A DNA stretch of 64,000 bases from positions 96,001 through 160,000 of IMG/VR virus record IMGVR_UViG_3300005590_000001; one strand, given 5' to 3'. The stretch comes from a virus. Below are positions 31,523 through 41,023 of the stretch, one piece after another. The position numbers and the translations under genes are program-made. The notes under the pieces were generated by a model, which saw only the letters and a program-made list of their open reading frames with translations, was not told where the DNA came from and ran no database searches. How positions within the stretch are numbered: position 1 is the first letter of the stretch; each line of letters begins with the position of its first letter.

Positions 31523-32219
31523 TCCTCTGTCTTAATTTACGCAAGCATTCCTCACGCACCTTACCCCGAATTGGATCAGCACTATTATTAGATCCCATTC
31601 TTACAACACTTAAAACTTCTGGGTGGTGCCAAGCAACACAATGCTGTATAGCTCTAAGCCAAAAATCATAATCTTGCGCAACTCGCATTGATTCATCATA
31701 ATAAACTTCATTACTCAACTGAGCTTTTTTAAATACCCAAGATTTTACTAAACTATTACATTGAATTTGGCAATTTCTCCACATCATTTCTGGAGTAGTA
31801 GAAATTTTATATTCTCTAGCATAGAAATCATGATCGTTATAATAATGTAAATAATCATCATATACAATACCAATTTCGTCATTACTCTCAGCAATGTTAT
31901 ATAACGTTTCTACTTTCTTATCATACATCCAATCATCAGCATCTAGCAGCTGAATATATTTCAGACCAAGTTTTAAAGCAGCATTGACGCCAACATTTCT
32001 AGCTGATCCCGGACCGCCATTCTTTTTATAAATTACTTCTACACCATGTTTTTCATATGATTCCAATACACTCCTTGAATTATCAATAGAGCCATCATCT
32101 ACCACAATAATTTTACATGGATAAGATTGGCTAAGAGATGATTCTACCGCTTTCTTAACATATTCTTGATGATTATAATTGGGAATTACAATTGCTACTT
32201 CTGTGCTTTGATTGTCCAT
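31503..32219 (-). CDS. GT2 family glycosyltransferase
   Basis: IVIPNYN, VVDDGSID, NGGPGSARN, LDADD, QDYDFWLR. Confidence 0.92.
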   Translation of the reverse strand: MDNQSTEVAIVIPNYNHQEYVKKAVESSLSQSYPCKIIVVDDGSIDNSRSVLESYEKHGVEVIYKKNGGPGSARNVGVNAALKLGLKYIQLLDADDWMYDKKVETLYNIAESNDEIGIVYDDYLHYYNDHDFYAREYKISTTPEMMWRNCQIQCNSLVKSWVFKKAQLSNEVYYDESMRVAQDYDFWLRAIQHCVAWHHPEVLSVVRMGSNNSADPIRGKVREECLRKLRQRNAHLYL

Positions 32220-32638
32220 AAACCACCTTCATCAATGTTTATTTCTAGAATTTCGCATCCCATTTTAGTTAACAGCCTACGCATCTCAACCATTGGAAAC
32301 ATACAACGCATTGGTGTTGGACGTTTAAATAACTGATTATTCAAAGCATTTAGATCTAAACGTCTAGCAATCAAATTTTTAGACATAATATACGGATCTA
32401 ATCCGCCGATAATTAATTGTCCTCCATTACGCAACATATATAACCAGTGTTCCATAATAGGTTCGATCATACTTATATCTAAATAATCAATAAAGTCTGG
32501 AGCATAAAATTCTGTAATTTCTGCGGGTGCAAATAATGCACTGAAATCGCCATAATTTTGATTGAAATCTTTATTCAATGGACTGGCGTAAAAATATCCA
32601 TCTTTTTGTGGTTCTGTAATTGTGACTTGAATTTTCAT
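32195..32638 (-). CDS. Methyltransferase-like protein (truncated/degenerate)
   Basis: DFIDYL...HWLYMLRNGGQLII; no GxG motif I. Confidence 0.5.
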   Translation of the reverse strand: MKIQVTITEPQKDGYFYASPLNKDFNQNYGDFSALFAPAEITEFYAPDFIDYLDISMIEPIMEHWLYMLRNGGQLIIGGLDPYIMSKNLIARRLDLNALNNQLFKRPTPMRCMFPMVEMRRLLTKMGCEILEINIDEGGLWTIKAQK

Positions 32639-33591
32639 TAAATGACTTCGTTAATTAAATTTGTCCAATTTTGTGTAAATTTTGTTTTAGAAAACTTTTC
32701 TATCACAGTCTTTCGTGCATTGTCTCCAATTTGTTGGAGGGTTTGTTTATTTAATGACAAAATATGTTGCACTAATTTTTTACCATCTTTATCATTATTT
32801 ACATCATACAGAAATCCATTATAACCATGCTGAATTACCTCTGGAATCATACTGGTGGCTGATGATATACAACAGCATCCACAAGACATAGCCTCAAATA
32901 AGGAGAATGGCATCGTTGATGCTCTGCTCGTATTGAGAAAAATATAATGATTATTATAGATATCAATCAATTCATCTATGTTTTCTGCAGGCTTAGAAAT
33001 TCCCGTCTTTGATGTTCCCACTAATTTAGTGGAAAAGGAAGATGTGATATTCTTCCATCCTGTATAATTACACGACCCATCTCGTTGATCAAATTCATTT
33101 ACTACTGAAAGTAGTGATAATGATTTTTGTTGTTTACGGCGACTTTCAAAGAGTTCTGTATCTACACACTGCGGAATCACTGTATGATGCATAGGAAACT
33201 GCCATTGATTAACACTATACTGTGAAAGAAATACATTCTTATCGCCGATTAAAGCATTAAGATTTAGATCTGAATCTCTTTGTGGTAAAGTGTGCTCTAA
33301 TTGAATCAATGGCACTCTAAGTTGTCGCGCCGCTTTTGAAAATAATTGATGTTGGCCATATTTATGTTGACTTAAAATAACATCTGGTTTAATATTCGGC
33401 GTCAATACATTCACAATTTCATGATTGGCCGGTAGAGGTGCATAGTTGAAATCCCACTCTTTGGCTCCTTGATAATTCCACATGATGAAATTAAATGGCA
33501 GATCGTCCATATAAGATTGATATCTTTCATGGGTCGCCGCCGTCAATACTGTAGGTTTTTCTTTTGTAAATTCTTTAACTAAATTCTTCAT
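32638..33591 (-). CDS. GT4 (GT-B) glycosyltransferase
   Basis: FLNTSRASTMPFSLFEAMSCG...EVIQHGYNGF. Confidence 0.88.
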   Translation of the reverse strand: MKNLVKEFTKEKPTVLTAATHERYQSYMDDLPFNFIMWNYQGAKEWDFNYAPLPANHEIVNVLTPNIKPDVILSQHKYGQHQLFSKAARQLRVPLIQLEHTLPQRDSDLNLNALIGDKNVFLSQYSVNQWQFPMHHTVIPQCVDTELFESRRKQQKSLSLLSVVNEFDQRDGSCNYTGWKNITSSFSTKLVGTSKTGISKPAENIDELIDIYNNHYIFLNTSRASTMPFSLFEAMSCGCCCISSATSMIPEVIQHGYNGFLYDVNNDKDGKKLVQHILSLNKQTLQQIGDNARKTVIEKFSKTKFTQNWTNLINEVI

Positions 33592-33608
33592 TCGAAATCC
33601 TTAAAGGG

Positions 33609-33630
33609 CACCCGGCCTTTCGACCGGGTG
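33609..33630 (-). promoter_or_regulatory. GC-rich hairpin with GAAA tetraloop (terminator, processing or stability element)
   Basis: Minus strand CACCCGGTC-GAAA-GGCCGGGTG followed by CCCTTTAAGGA (RBS) and the ATG at 33591. Confidence 0.65.
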
Positions 33631-33642
33631 TTTGACCTACTT

Positions 33643-34038
33643 TTATACTTCTTTCTTAAGTTCTCGATCCCATCTCTTCCATCCACGATCAGGTAAATAT
33701 TCTCCTGATTCCAGATCTTTAATACGAGGATACAGAACTCCATTATCTGTCTGTCCCATAGTTAATTTAGCTCCCTTAAGAGCTGGTCTCTCATCTAGAC
33801 AAATAAATTCAAAGTATTTAATCTCTTTACCCTTGGCGTCTTTACACGCGCGGATACTCAATTTAGTCTTATTCGACCAAACCGACTTTCCTTCTTCGTC
33901 AGTTTTAACGGCATTTTCGCCACTTCCCCAAAGATTTTCCATGTGATGTAACCACTCAAAAGCTTCAACATCACTTTTGACTTCTTCAGAAAAAACAACT
34001 TCACGTCCGCTAACTCTAGCTTTAAATTCAATTCTCAT
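33643..34038 (-). CDS. Hypothetical protein
   Basis: Clean ORF coupled by ATGA overlap and followed by the hairpin. Confidence 0.65.
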   Translation of the reverse strand: MRIEFKARVSGREVVFSEEVKSDVEAFEWLHHMENLWGSGENAVKTDEEGKSVWSNKTKLSIRACKDAKGKEIKYFEFICLDERPALKGAKLTMGQTDNGVLYPRIKDLESGEYLPDRGWKRWDRELKKEV

Positions 34039-35111
34039 TCAATATTCTCCAATAGATTTTTAATATGATTTTCATCGTTAAAATCAGATAAATTTACAGG
34101 TTCAAAATTCTTCCTGTTTTCAAAAACAAATCTCATACTTTGACGTATTTGTTTTTGATCGGGACAATTCCAAGTGTCCCATCCATTTTGGTAATTCGGT
34201 ATAGCTCCACCAGCATAGGAAGTTCCTGTAACTGAATGAAAACTATTTTCGTCTGGAAATAATTCCATTAATTTTTTTGTACCACCATAAAATGGCGCTA
34301 TTACATTTTTGCCTAATTGTGCAGCCTCATAAGCTGGTATGCACCAACCCTCTCCATGTGAAGCAGATATAAAACAATCCATTATACAATGTAATCCACT
34401 AATTTGACTGTCAGTTAAATCACGAGTTAAGGTCATTTCTTCTTTATAGTCATGGATATTTTGATACAATTTTAAATTATCTTTAATAGTTTTATAAAGC
34501 TCGTTTAAATCCTGAGTTGTTTTAATTATCAAGTTTACAGGTTCATTTGGATCAAATTCTGTATGAAAAGCTGCAATTAAATCTTCAAGATTTTTACGGT
34601 GTGTAGCTGTACTAATAGTATAAAAATTGTAATTCCCTTCTAAATTTGGGATTTGTAAAGGGAGTTCCTCTGGGAAGGCTGGCTTAATTCTATGAGGTAT
34701 AACTTTAATCGGAATAAATGACGCAACTGATTTAGTGTTAAGGAGACACTGTTTAGCGTCTTCATTTGGCACCCAAATCTCATCTGCCATGTTCATGTAC
34801 TCAGGCCATAAACTATACCTAATATCATTTGTTTCTAATTCTACCCATAAAATATTTTTAACACTGGGTATCCTTTGAAAAAAATGAGGTAATACATATT
34901 GGATAACAGTAGTTACACCTTCAACCGATTTGTTTTCGGCTTCTGTAATCCATATTGGGATGTCCTCTTGATGAGCCAGATCAACACTTCTAGTGACTAA
35001 ATCGGTGTGATCGTTCAAAAGTTCCATTTCTTGTCTAGCTAGTTTACCCCATCCTGAATTATTAGGTTCTCTATAATGACCTATGAAAAGGATTTTCTTC
35101 TTAGTTCCCAC
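34035..35111 (-). CDS. GT4 (GT-B) glycosyltransferase
   Basis: SGWG, ADEIWVP, RKN, SHGEGWCIPAYEAA. Confidence 0.88.
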   Translation of the reverse strand: MGTKKKILFIGHYREPNNSGWGKLARQEMELLNDHTDLVTRSVDLAHQEDIPIWITEAENKSVEGVTTVIQYVLPHFFQRIPSVKNILWVELETNDIRYSLWPEYMNMADEIWVPNEDAKQCLLNTKSVASFIPIKVIPHRIKPAFPEELPLQIPNLEGNYNFYTISTATHRKNLEDLIAAFHTEFDPNEPVNLIIKTTQDLNELYKTIKDNLKLYQNIHDYKEEMTLTRDLTDSQISGLHCIMDCFISASHGEGWCIPAYEAAQLGKNVIAPFYGGTKKLMELFPDENSFHSVTGTSYAGGAIPNYQNGWDTWNCPDQKQIRQSMRFVFENRKNFEPVNLSDFNDENHIKNLLENIE

Positions 35112-36658
35112 TGATTATATCTTTCTCTATATGACTTAAATTTATTATAAACTTCCTTACGTGTAATCTGCATAGGCTTATCTCCCAATTCATTATTCTG
35201 ACTCAATGGAATAACCATACCAGCATTTAATGCATCTATAAAATATAGGTGTGTGTATGACCCTATAAAATTAGGTTCTTGAGCTACTTTAGTAATACAC
35301 CACATGATATATTCAGAATTGCTCAGATAGGCTAGCTCTTGAAATTCTGGTATGTTCCTAACATCAATAGGTTTTTCCCAATTCTTTACCCTATTTTGTT
35401 CTACCAAATTTACAAGCTTAACCCATTTTTCTTTACATGTTTCTTCAGTATAATTTTCGGCAGCTTTATTTGCTATAGAAATCCTATCATATTGATAGGT
35501 TGTTGGGTCTTTTAAGATTTCTACAAAACCATCAATATCCACAATTGCTCTATTACACAAACTTTTCATTTCTGTATCATATGCAATTGGTTTAACGCCG
35601 ATCGCATCAATTTTAGGAATGACATCTTGTTGTGCTGAATAATCAGTAGAAACAACTTTGACTCCACACATCGCAGCCTCAATTGTTGGTATACCGAATC
35701 CTTCGGAATTATGAGGTTGGAGATATAGATCGAAGCTGCTGTACAAATGTCGCAATCCTTTTTCATCCAATCCCTTTAAGACACTAGCTGTGATTACGTT
35801 GCCGCCACATTTACTACACTTAAAAGATCTATGATTAAATAATCTATGAGAAACATCATGACAATTCTCACAAATATAAGTCATATAGACTCTATTTTGG
35901 ATTCCATATCTTGCAAATAAGGTCGGCAAATCCCAACCTTTATCTGGGTAATGCGTATGACAATACAGAAACAAATCATCAACTTGAGCAACGGCCGCAC
36001 AAAGTTCAGGAAATCTTTTCCGATTTTGATTCCGCATTACAGTACCGACCAATTTAATATCGAGTGGCAAACCCAATGCTTTACGTGCGTTTTCTTTGCT
36101 AATTAAAGAATGTTGTTTAAATCCGGGAGAAATAAATGGCATTAAATTTCGACAATGATATTGTTGTTTCAACCATGACTCAGACCATTCATTATATGTT
36201 GTGACGTAATCAGCTTCATGAAAAGCATCTAACCAGTCGGCCTTTTGAGGCAGAGTATCTACTGTTGGAGATAGGATTGATGTAAAGCAATCATGGAATG
36301 GAGATTCAGTAATAAATCTATCATACCAATAATCTCTTACTGAAATAACAATATCTGGTTTTTCTTGTAAACAAATCTGTTCAAACATCCATGAACCGAA
36401 TTTAGCATCACCACTAGATGATTCTCGCTGAGAATAGATGCGTTGACTTTCTTTATCATTACTGTGCGGCACATTTAGATATACTCGCCAAGGACACCTT
36501 CTAGCATATTCCGTGTGCTCTCTGATGTTTGGATTCCCATAACTAGCAAGTTCAGCAACTTGATGACCAGCATCGTGTAAGGCTTCTGCTATTTGTCGAT
36601 AATAAGCTGCATATCCAGTACATAGATAGGTGTATTCACTAATCAGTAATATCTTCAT
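35081..36658 (-). CDS. GT4 glycosyltransferase with Zn-ribbon insertion
   Basis: TGYA, VMRNQNRKR, SEGFGIPTIEAAMCG; CENC...CSKC insert. Confidence 0.88.
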   Translation of the reverse strand: MKILLISEYTYLCTGYAAYYRQIAEALHDAGHQVAELASYGNPNIREHTEYARRCPWRVYLNVPHSNDKESQRIYSQRESSSGDAKFGSWMFEQICLQEKPDIVISVRDYWYDRFITESPFHDCFTSILSPTVDTLPQKADWLDAFHEADYVTTYNEWSESWLKQQYHCRNLMPFISPGFKQHSLISKENARKALGLPLDIKLVGTVMRNQNRKRFPELCAAVAQVDDLFLYCHTHYPDKGWDLPTLFARYGIQNRVYMTYICENCHDVSHRLFNHRSFKCSKCGGNVITASVLKGLDEKGLRHLYSSFDLYLQPHNSEGFGIPTIEAAMCGVKVVSTDYSAQQDVIPKIDAIGVKPIAYDTEMKSLCNRAIVDIDGFVEILKDPTTYQYDRISIANKAAENYTEETCKEKWVKLVNLVEQNRVKNWEKPIDVRNIPEFQELAYLSNSEYIMWCITKVAQEPNFIGSYTHLYFIDALNAGMVIPLSQNNELGDKPMQITRKEVYNKFKSYRERYNQWELRRKSFS

Positions 36659-36941
36659 TTTCTTCTTTTAGTATATCAAAATGAATGGCTTTGATTCTTG
36701 TTTTTAAACCAGAGCCTCTTAATTCTCCTAAAACCCATAAACAGTCGTTTAATTCTACCTGATCTTTGATCGTATCAGCTGCCGTAGAATAAAAATCAAT
36801 AGTGAATTCATCAATATTTTTAACTTGTTTTCTACGTCGTACGCAAGCTAATTTTACAGTAACCTTGTTTGTGTAGTAATCAATACCAATAACCACACCA
36901 GTCCCCGATACTGTCATCGGAGTTGAACAATCCAAACTCAT
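36639..36941 (-). CDS. Minimal OB-fold single-stranded DNA-binding protein
   Basis: F..TAADTI...D.LWV.GELR pattern and an acidic tail. Confidence 0.5.
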   Translation of the reverse strand: MSLDCSTPMTVSGTGVVIGIDYYTNKVTVKLACVRRRKQVKNIDEFTIDFYSTAADTIKDQVELNDCLWVLGELRGSGLKTRIKAIHFDILKEENEDITD

Positions 36942-36943
36942 TT

Positions 36944-37294
36944 TTATTCACTTTCATCAAAATATTTTTCATATGTTTTACCGTCCGTTGTTTCAGTTTC
37001 TTTAAAGATGATACTTAGAGGTATCATATAAGCATTACAGATATTCTTTAAAAATAATTCTGCTGCTTCTTCTGGATCTACAGGACCCTTTGAAACTGAT
37101 TCCGGAATGAATGCTTCGCTACATTCATCGTCTATAGCAATTTGTTGATAATAAATTCCTTCCTCATCACTAAAAATAGTTGCCGATTTCACTTCGGGAA
37201 CTGCTTGATTATATTCAATTTTAATTTTCCCATCAGTCTTTTTAACAAGAATATAATATCCTGTGTTAATTAACCGTTGACTTATAGTTCCCAT
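36944..37294 (-). CDS. Hypothetical protein
   Basis: Coupled ORF. Confidence 0.55.
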   Translation of the reverse strand: MGTISQRLINTGYYILVKKTDGKIKIEYNQAVPEVKSATIFSDEEGIYYQQIAIDDECSEAFIPESVSKGPVDPEEAAELFLKNICNAYMIPLSIIFKETETTDGKTYEKYFDESE

Positions 37295-39285
37295 ACTTCC
37301 TCCAAGACTAATCCACCTCGATTAGATCTTTTTGCATGTAACATAATAATGTTGTTATCATATAATTGATTTTCATAAACCATTTTAGATGGAAAGCAGA
37401 CACAATCGCATTCGCCGGTCATGTCTACTAATTTAAAACTGGCCATTACTTGACCTTTGAGCTTACCATTCTTAATTGTAAATTCTCTGTGATCAGTAAT
37501 CTCACCAGCAATAATAAACTCGTTTAAATATTTCTTTTTAATATCAGCACATTTGTGTTTACCCATTGGAATTTTACCCGAATTAATTTTACGGGCAGAA
37601 ATACTTGTTCCAAGTAATTCACGTTCATGATCAACAATATTATCAATATGATCATTTAAATCCATTGGCGGGTGCTCTAATGCATTAAGAACACTTTCGT
37701 GAATACTTTTATCTCTTCTGGGTTTTCCATTTTTAATATAATATTCTGCGGCGGCTTTTAAGCTTGTAAATTTATGTTCTTCATAAAATGCACGAATATG
37801 TTTTTGTTCTGTTTTATTATACACAGTCCACTGATTGTATTCAAATTCAGCTTGAACTCTACCCACCATTAATTGATCAAAACATCCGGTTCGGATCATT
37901 GAGATCATTTGTTTTTTATTCCAATTATGGCTATGTAAAATAAGAAATTCTATCCAAGAACAGTTTTCAAAAGTAAGATTATTATCTACTTTATCAAAAC
38001 TTTTTTCTCCACAATTTTTAATAGAAGACAAACCAAAAGTAACTTTGTCTCCAGCCATATCAAAATCAATTTTTGGATATTGTTTGATTGTCGGTGGAAT
38101 AATGGGAATCTTTAGACGTCTAGATTCAGAAATTACTGAACGAATTTCAGTACGTGTGTCAGCTTCATTTTTTGCATTTCTTAACCACGCACAGATATAC
38201 TCTTGCGGGTAATGGGCCTTAGCCCACGCCGTCCAATATCCAGTTAAGGCATAACCGACACTGTGTGAGTTTGAACTTATTAAGCCATTATCTAGATAGA
38301 ATGTATGACTTGTATTCTTAACTTGCAAATCCACACTATTTCCTTGACGTCGTACTTGTACTATACCATTAACTGTGACAGAATTTCCCGTTTTTTCCAA
38401 AATTTTTGCATTTTTTTTGAAAATTTCTAATATCGGCATCTTTCCAAATGACGTAACAAACTGATGAGTGGGAGAGCACACAACCTCTCCGGCATTTGTT
38501 GAAACCTCTAACATTTGAGTTTGATGAAAAAACACATTCTCAACTCTGCACACACCCTCGGGGGTGTAAACTTCATCGCCAGTGCGGACATTAGTAATTT
38601 GCATCGGACCCTTTGTGGTTGCTACCAGCGTATCGGGAGCTAAACATTTATTAAATGAATATCTAGCTGCGGCAGAGATTTGTTCAAATAAAAATTCACC
38701 TTCAGCTTTAGTAATTTTACCTACTTTTTCAACACCGGAAATGAATTTTTCCTTGAAAGAAAATACAATATCAGCTTTTTTCTTTGCGATGCCCTTTAAG
38801 AACTTAAGTGATTCACTTCCTGAAAATCCAGCAACCCTTTGAGCAATTAATAAAATATCTTCTTGATAAACTAAAATGCCATATGTTTCTGGAGTTAATT
38901 GAAAAAGAATATCATCTGGATTATTACCAATTCCATTCTTCCTATCACAGAAAATTTTTGTTAAAGATACTCCATTCTCATCTAAACTATTCAACGTACC
39001 GGGTCTAATGACTGCTATCAAAGCCGCCGCATCTTCAATTTTTTCTGGTTTTAATTCAGATGCCCAAGTTTTTCCTAAGAAAGACTCTAACTGAAACACA
39101 GATTGTGTGTGGCCCTTGGCATAAACCTCCCAAGATTTTTTACACGCCACATTATTTTCTTCAAACGAAGGGTCACGAAAGTCAATAAATGGCTTACCGT
39201 TAACCTCTAATACTTTACATCCACATTCTAATTGTTTATATTGTTTCACACTAAACATCCTTATGACAGACAACAAATCTGTCAT
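37282..39285 (-). CDS. dnaE: DNA polymerase III alpha, C-terminal half (fingers, HhH, OB), intein-containing
   Basis: VFQLES, IAVIRPG, ETYGILVYQE, YSFNK|SH, KAHYP, FGLSSIKNCG, ERELLG, MASFKLVDMTG. Confidence 0.92.
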   Translation of the reverse strand: MTDLLSVIRMFSVKQYKQLECGCKVLEVNGKPFIDFRDPSFEENNVACKKSWEVYAKGHTQSVFQLESFLGKTWASELKPEKIEDAAALIAVIRPGTLNSLDENGVSLTKIFCDRKNGIGNNPDDILFQLTPETYGILVYQEDILLIAQRVAGFSGSESLKFLKGIAKKKADIVFSFKEKFISGVEKVGKITKAEGEFLFEQISAAARYSFNKCLAPDTLVATTKGPMQITNVRTGDEVYTPEGVCRVENVFFHQTQMLEVSTNAGEVVCSPTHQFVTSFGKMPILEIFKKNAKILEKTGNSVTVNGIVQVRRQGNSVDLQVKNTSHTFYLDNGLISSNSHSVGYALTGYWTAWAKAHYPQEYICAWLRNAKNEADTRTEIRSVISESRRLKIPIIPPTIKQYPKIDFDMAGDKVTFGLSSIKNCGEKSFDKVDNNLTFENCSWIEFLILHSHNWNKKQMISMIRTGCFDQLMVGRVQAEFEYNQWTVYNKTEQKHIRAFYEEHKFTSLKAAAEYYIKNGKPRRDKSIHESVLNALEHPPMDLNDHIDNIVDHERELLGTSISARKINSGKIPMGKHKCADIKKKYLNEFIIAGEITDHREFTIKNGKLKGQVMASFKLVDMTGECDCVCFPSKMVYENQLYDNNIIMLHAKRSNRGGLVLEEVWEL
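38269..38646 (-). mobile_element. 126-aa mini-intein (no homing endonuclease) in DnaE
   Basis: FNK|CLAPDT...CSPTHQF...VDLQV..SHTFYLDNGLISSN|SH; removing it restores the conserved FNKSH. Confidence 0.93.
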
Positions 39286-39733
39286 CTAGATACTTACGTA
39301 TTTTACTCCTAACTGTTCGCCACTGCAAACCGCCATTGCCACAGCCGGGCCGAGTCATTATAATTTTTTGCCATTGCATAATATCTACAAGTTTTTTAAG
39401 ATTTTTACAAGAAGCTTCAATTAATTCAATTGGCGAATCATCTTTCCAGTGAAATTTGGTTTGCAATCCCACTACATAAAACTTGTTATGTCCCAACATT
39501 CTAGGACCATCTAATAATAGATGATAATCCTCAATATCAATATCTTTATATTTGTCTACTATTTGTCCCCAATTCCATGCTAAGTATTTAAATTTAGCAT
39601 TAAACTGTTCAGCAATACCTCGGCCCATTACTAAGCTGCCATTCATTTTAACTATATTATTAGTAGTACAAACTAAGGCATCTACATCTTGCTGTTCCGC
39701 GATACGCCAGAAATCTTGTTCTTCTTCTATCAT
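39251..39733 (-). CDS. Macrodomain (ADP-ribose processing) protein
   Basis: CTTN...VMGRGIA, TKFHWK..S, RPGCGNGGL.W motifs. Confidence 0.85.
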   Translation of the reverse strand: MIEEEQDFWRIAEQQDVDALVCTTNNIVKMNGSLVMGRGIAEQFNAKFKYLAWNWGQIVDKYKDIDIEDYHLLLDGPRMLGHNKFYVVGLQTKFHWKDDSPIELIEASCKNLKKLVDIMQWQKIIMTRPGCGNGGLQWRTVRSKIRKYLDDRFVVCHKDV

Positions 39734-40530
39734 ATAATGTTTTTCTCTTTTAAAATATTATGAATAGGTAATACCGTTTCACCTTCAGTAACCCAATCAA
39801 CTTCTTCTACAACACTCCGTAGTAGCTTCTGTATTCTGATATATATCTCCGCGGTCCACAGAACGTCCACAAGCGCGTGATGAGCGTTAATGGAGTCAAA
39901 CCCTAAATATTCTTTGATGACGTCTAGAGAGCGTCTGTGTGGTTCCTTCATGCTTTCAAATATCATAAAGCACATCTGAGCGATATCTACCGCCATCGCT
40001 GGATAAAATAACCAGTTTGGACCAAAACCCCAAGGCTCTTTATGTAACTTATAATGATCAATAATTTCAGATGATTTAGCTTTTTTGAGCGCTACTCGAC
40101 TCATTGGTTTATTTTGTAATGAGCGTAATTTGTGCAGGTGTCCATTTTGTAATCGGTTTGCTATCTGCATATCAAACGGCAGATTGAAACCAGCTGCAAT
40201 TGGGGCTTCCCACGCATTATCTTTTGGGGTATGAAACTTAACCCAATTAGTAAATGAATCCCATACATTCTTAGGGTTTGGAAAGGTTTTGATTTGATCA
40301 ACTGTAAATTTGTTCTTTTCCAAAGCTTGTTTTTCAAGTGGTCTCAAATTGTATAAATCAACTTCGTCATCATGAACAATATTCATTGTGCCATAAAAAA
40401 GACCATTGTCACAAATTGACAATCGGCGACCGTCTAGCATTACTGCACCTAAACTAATTGGTTGAGTAAACTCCGGATCTCTACTAGTTGTTTCAAAATC
40501 AAAAATACAAATCTTATTGTAATTGATCAT
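39730..40530 (-). CDS. DEDDh 3'-5' exonuclease (DnaQ/epsilon-like)
   Basis: FDFETT, AGFNLPFD, AHHALVD. Confidence 0.88.
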   Translation of the reverse strand: MINYNKICIFDFETTSRDPEFTQPISLGAVMLDGRRLSICDNGLFYGTMNIVHDDEVDLYNLRPLEKQALEKNKFTVDQIKTFPNPKNVWDSFTNWVKFHTPKDNAWEAPIAAGFNLPFDMQIANRLQNGHLHKLRSLQNKPMSRVALKKAKSSEIIDHYKLHKEPWGFGPNWLFYPAMAVDIAQMCFMIFESMKEPHRRSLDVIKEYLGFDSINAHHALVDVLWTAEIYIRIQKLLRSVVEEVDWVTEGETVLPIHNILKEKNII

Positions 40531-41023
40531 TTAATTTTTTCATTTCTAATTCAAATTGATCTAATTTTTTGGGAGAGCTACATAATACGCTTGGGGCGTC
40601 AAATTCAAATTTTAACATAAAATTTTTCTTAACTTGTTTACCCAATCCGCCAACAATTTTAATACTTGTTAATGTAAAATCATTTTTGAATTTTCTAAAA
40701 GCATCATTAATTGCCAATACTTCTTTAGAAATCCAATAGCCGCTACAAATTCGTTTTTCACTTATTTTATTATTGTGCACACATTTAATAAATGGTGTAA
40801 AATACCAATCATTAATACCTGCAGATCTTAAACGATCAGTTAAAATTTTATATTCTAATTCTGTGAGGAATTCCCTAGTTTGATCCATTTGTTTAGTAAT
40901 CTTAACATCGCATATAAAAAAGAATTTTGGTATTCCTTCCCACATAGGTGTCATTGGTCCGTAATCCATATTTTTATATAATGGACACTTTGTGCAAACC
41001 ATTATTTCATTCTTGATTCCCAT
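40514..41023 (-). CDS. Family-4 uracil-DNA-glycosylase-like protein, degenerate
   Basis: CTKCPL...Y.T..IKC...C...E Fe-S-type Cys pattern; GEAPG and HP motifs missing. Confidence 0.55.
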   Translation of the reverse strand: MGIKNEIMVCTKCPLYKNMDYGPMTPMWEGIPKFFFICDVKITKQMDQTREFLTELEYKILTDRLRSAGINDWYFTPFIKCVHNNKISEKRICSGYWISKEVLAINDAFRKFKNDFTLTSIKIVGGLGKQVKKNFMLKFEFDAPSVLCSSPKKLDQFELEMKKLNDQLQ

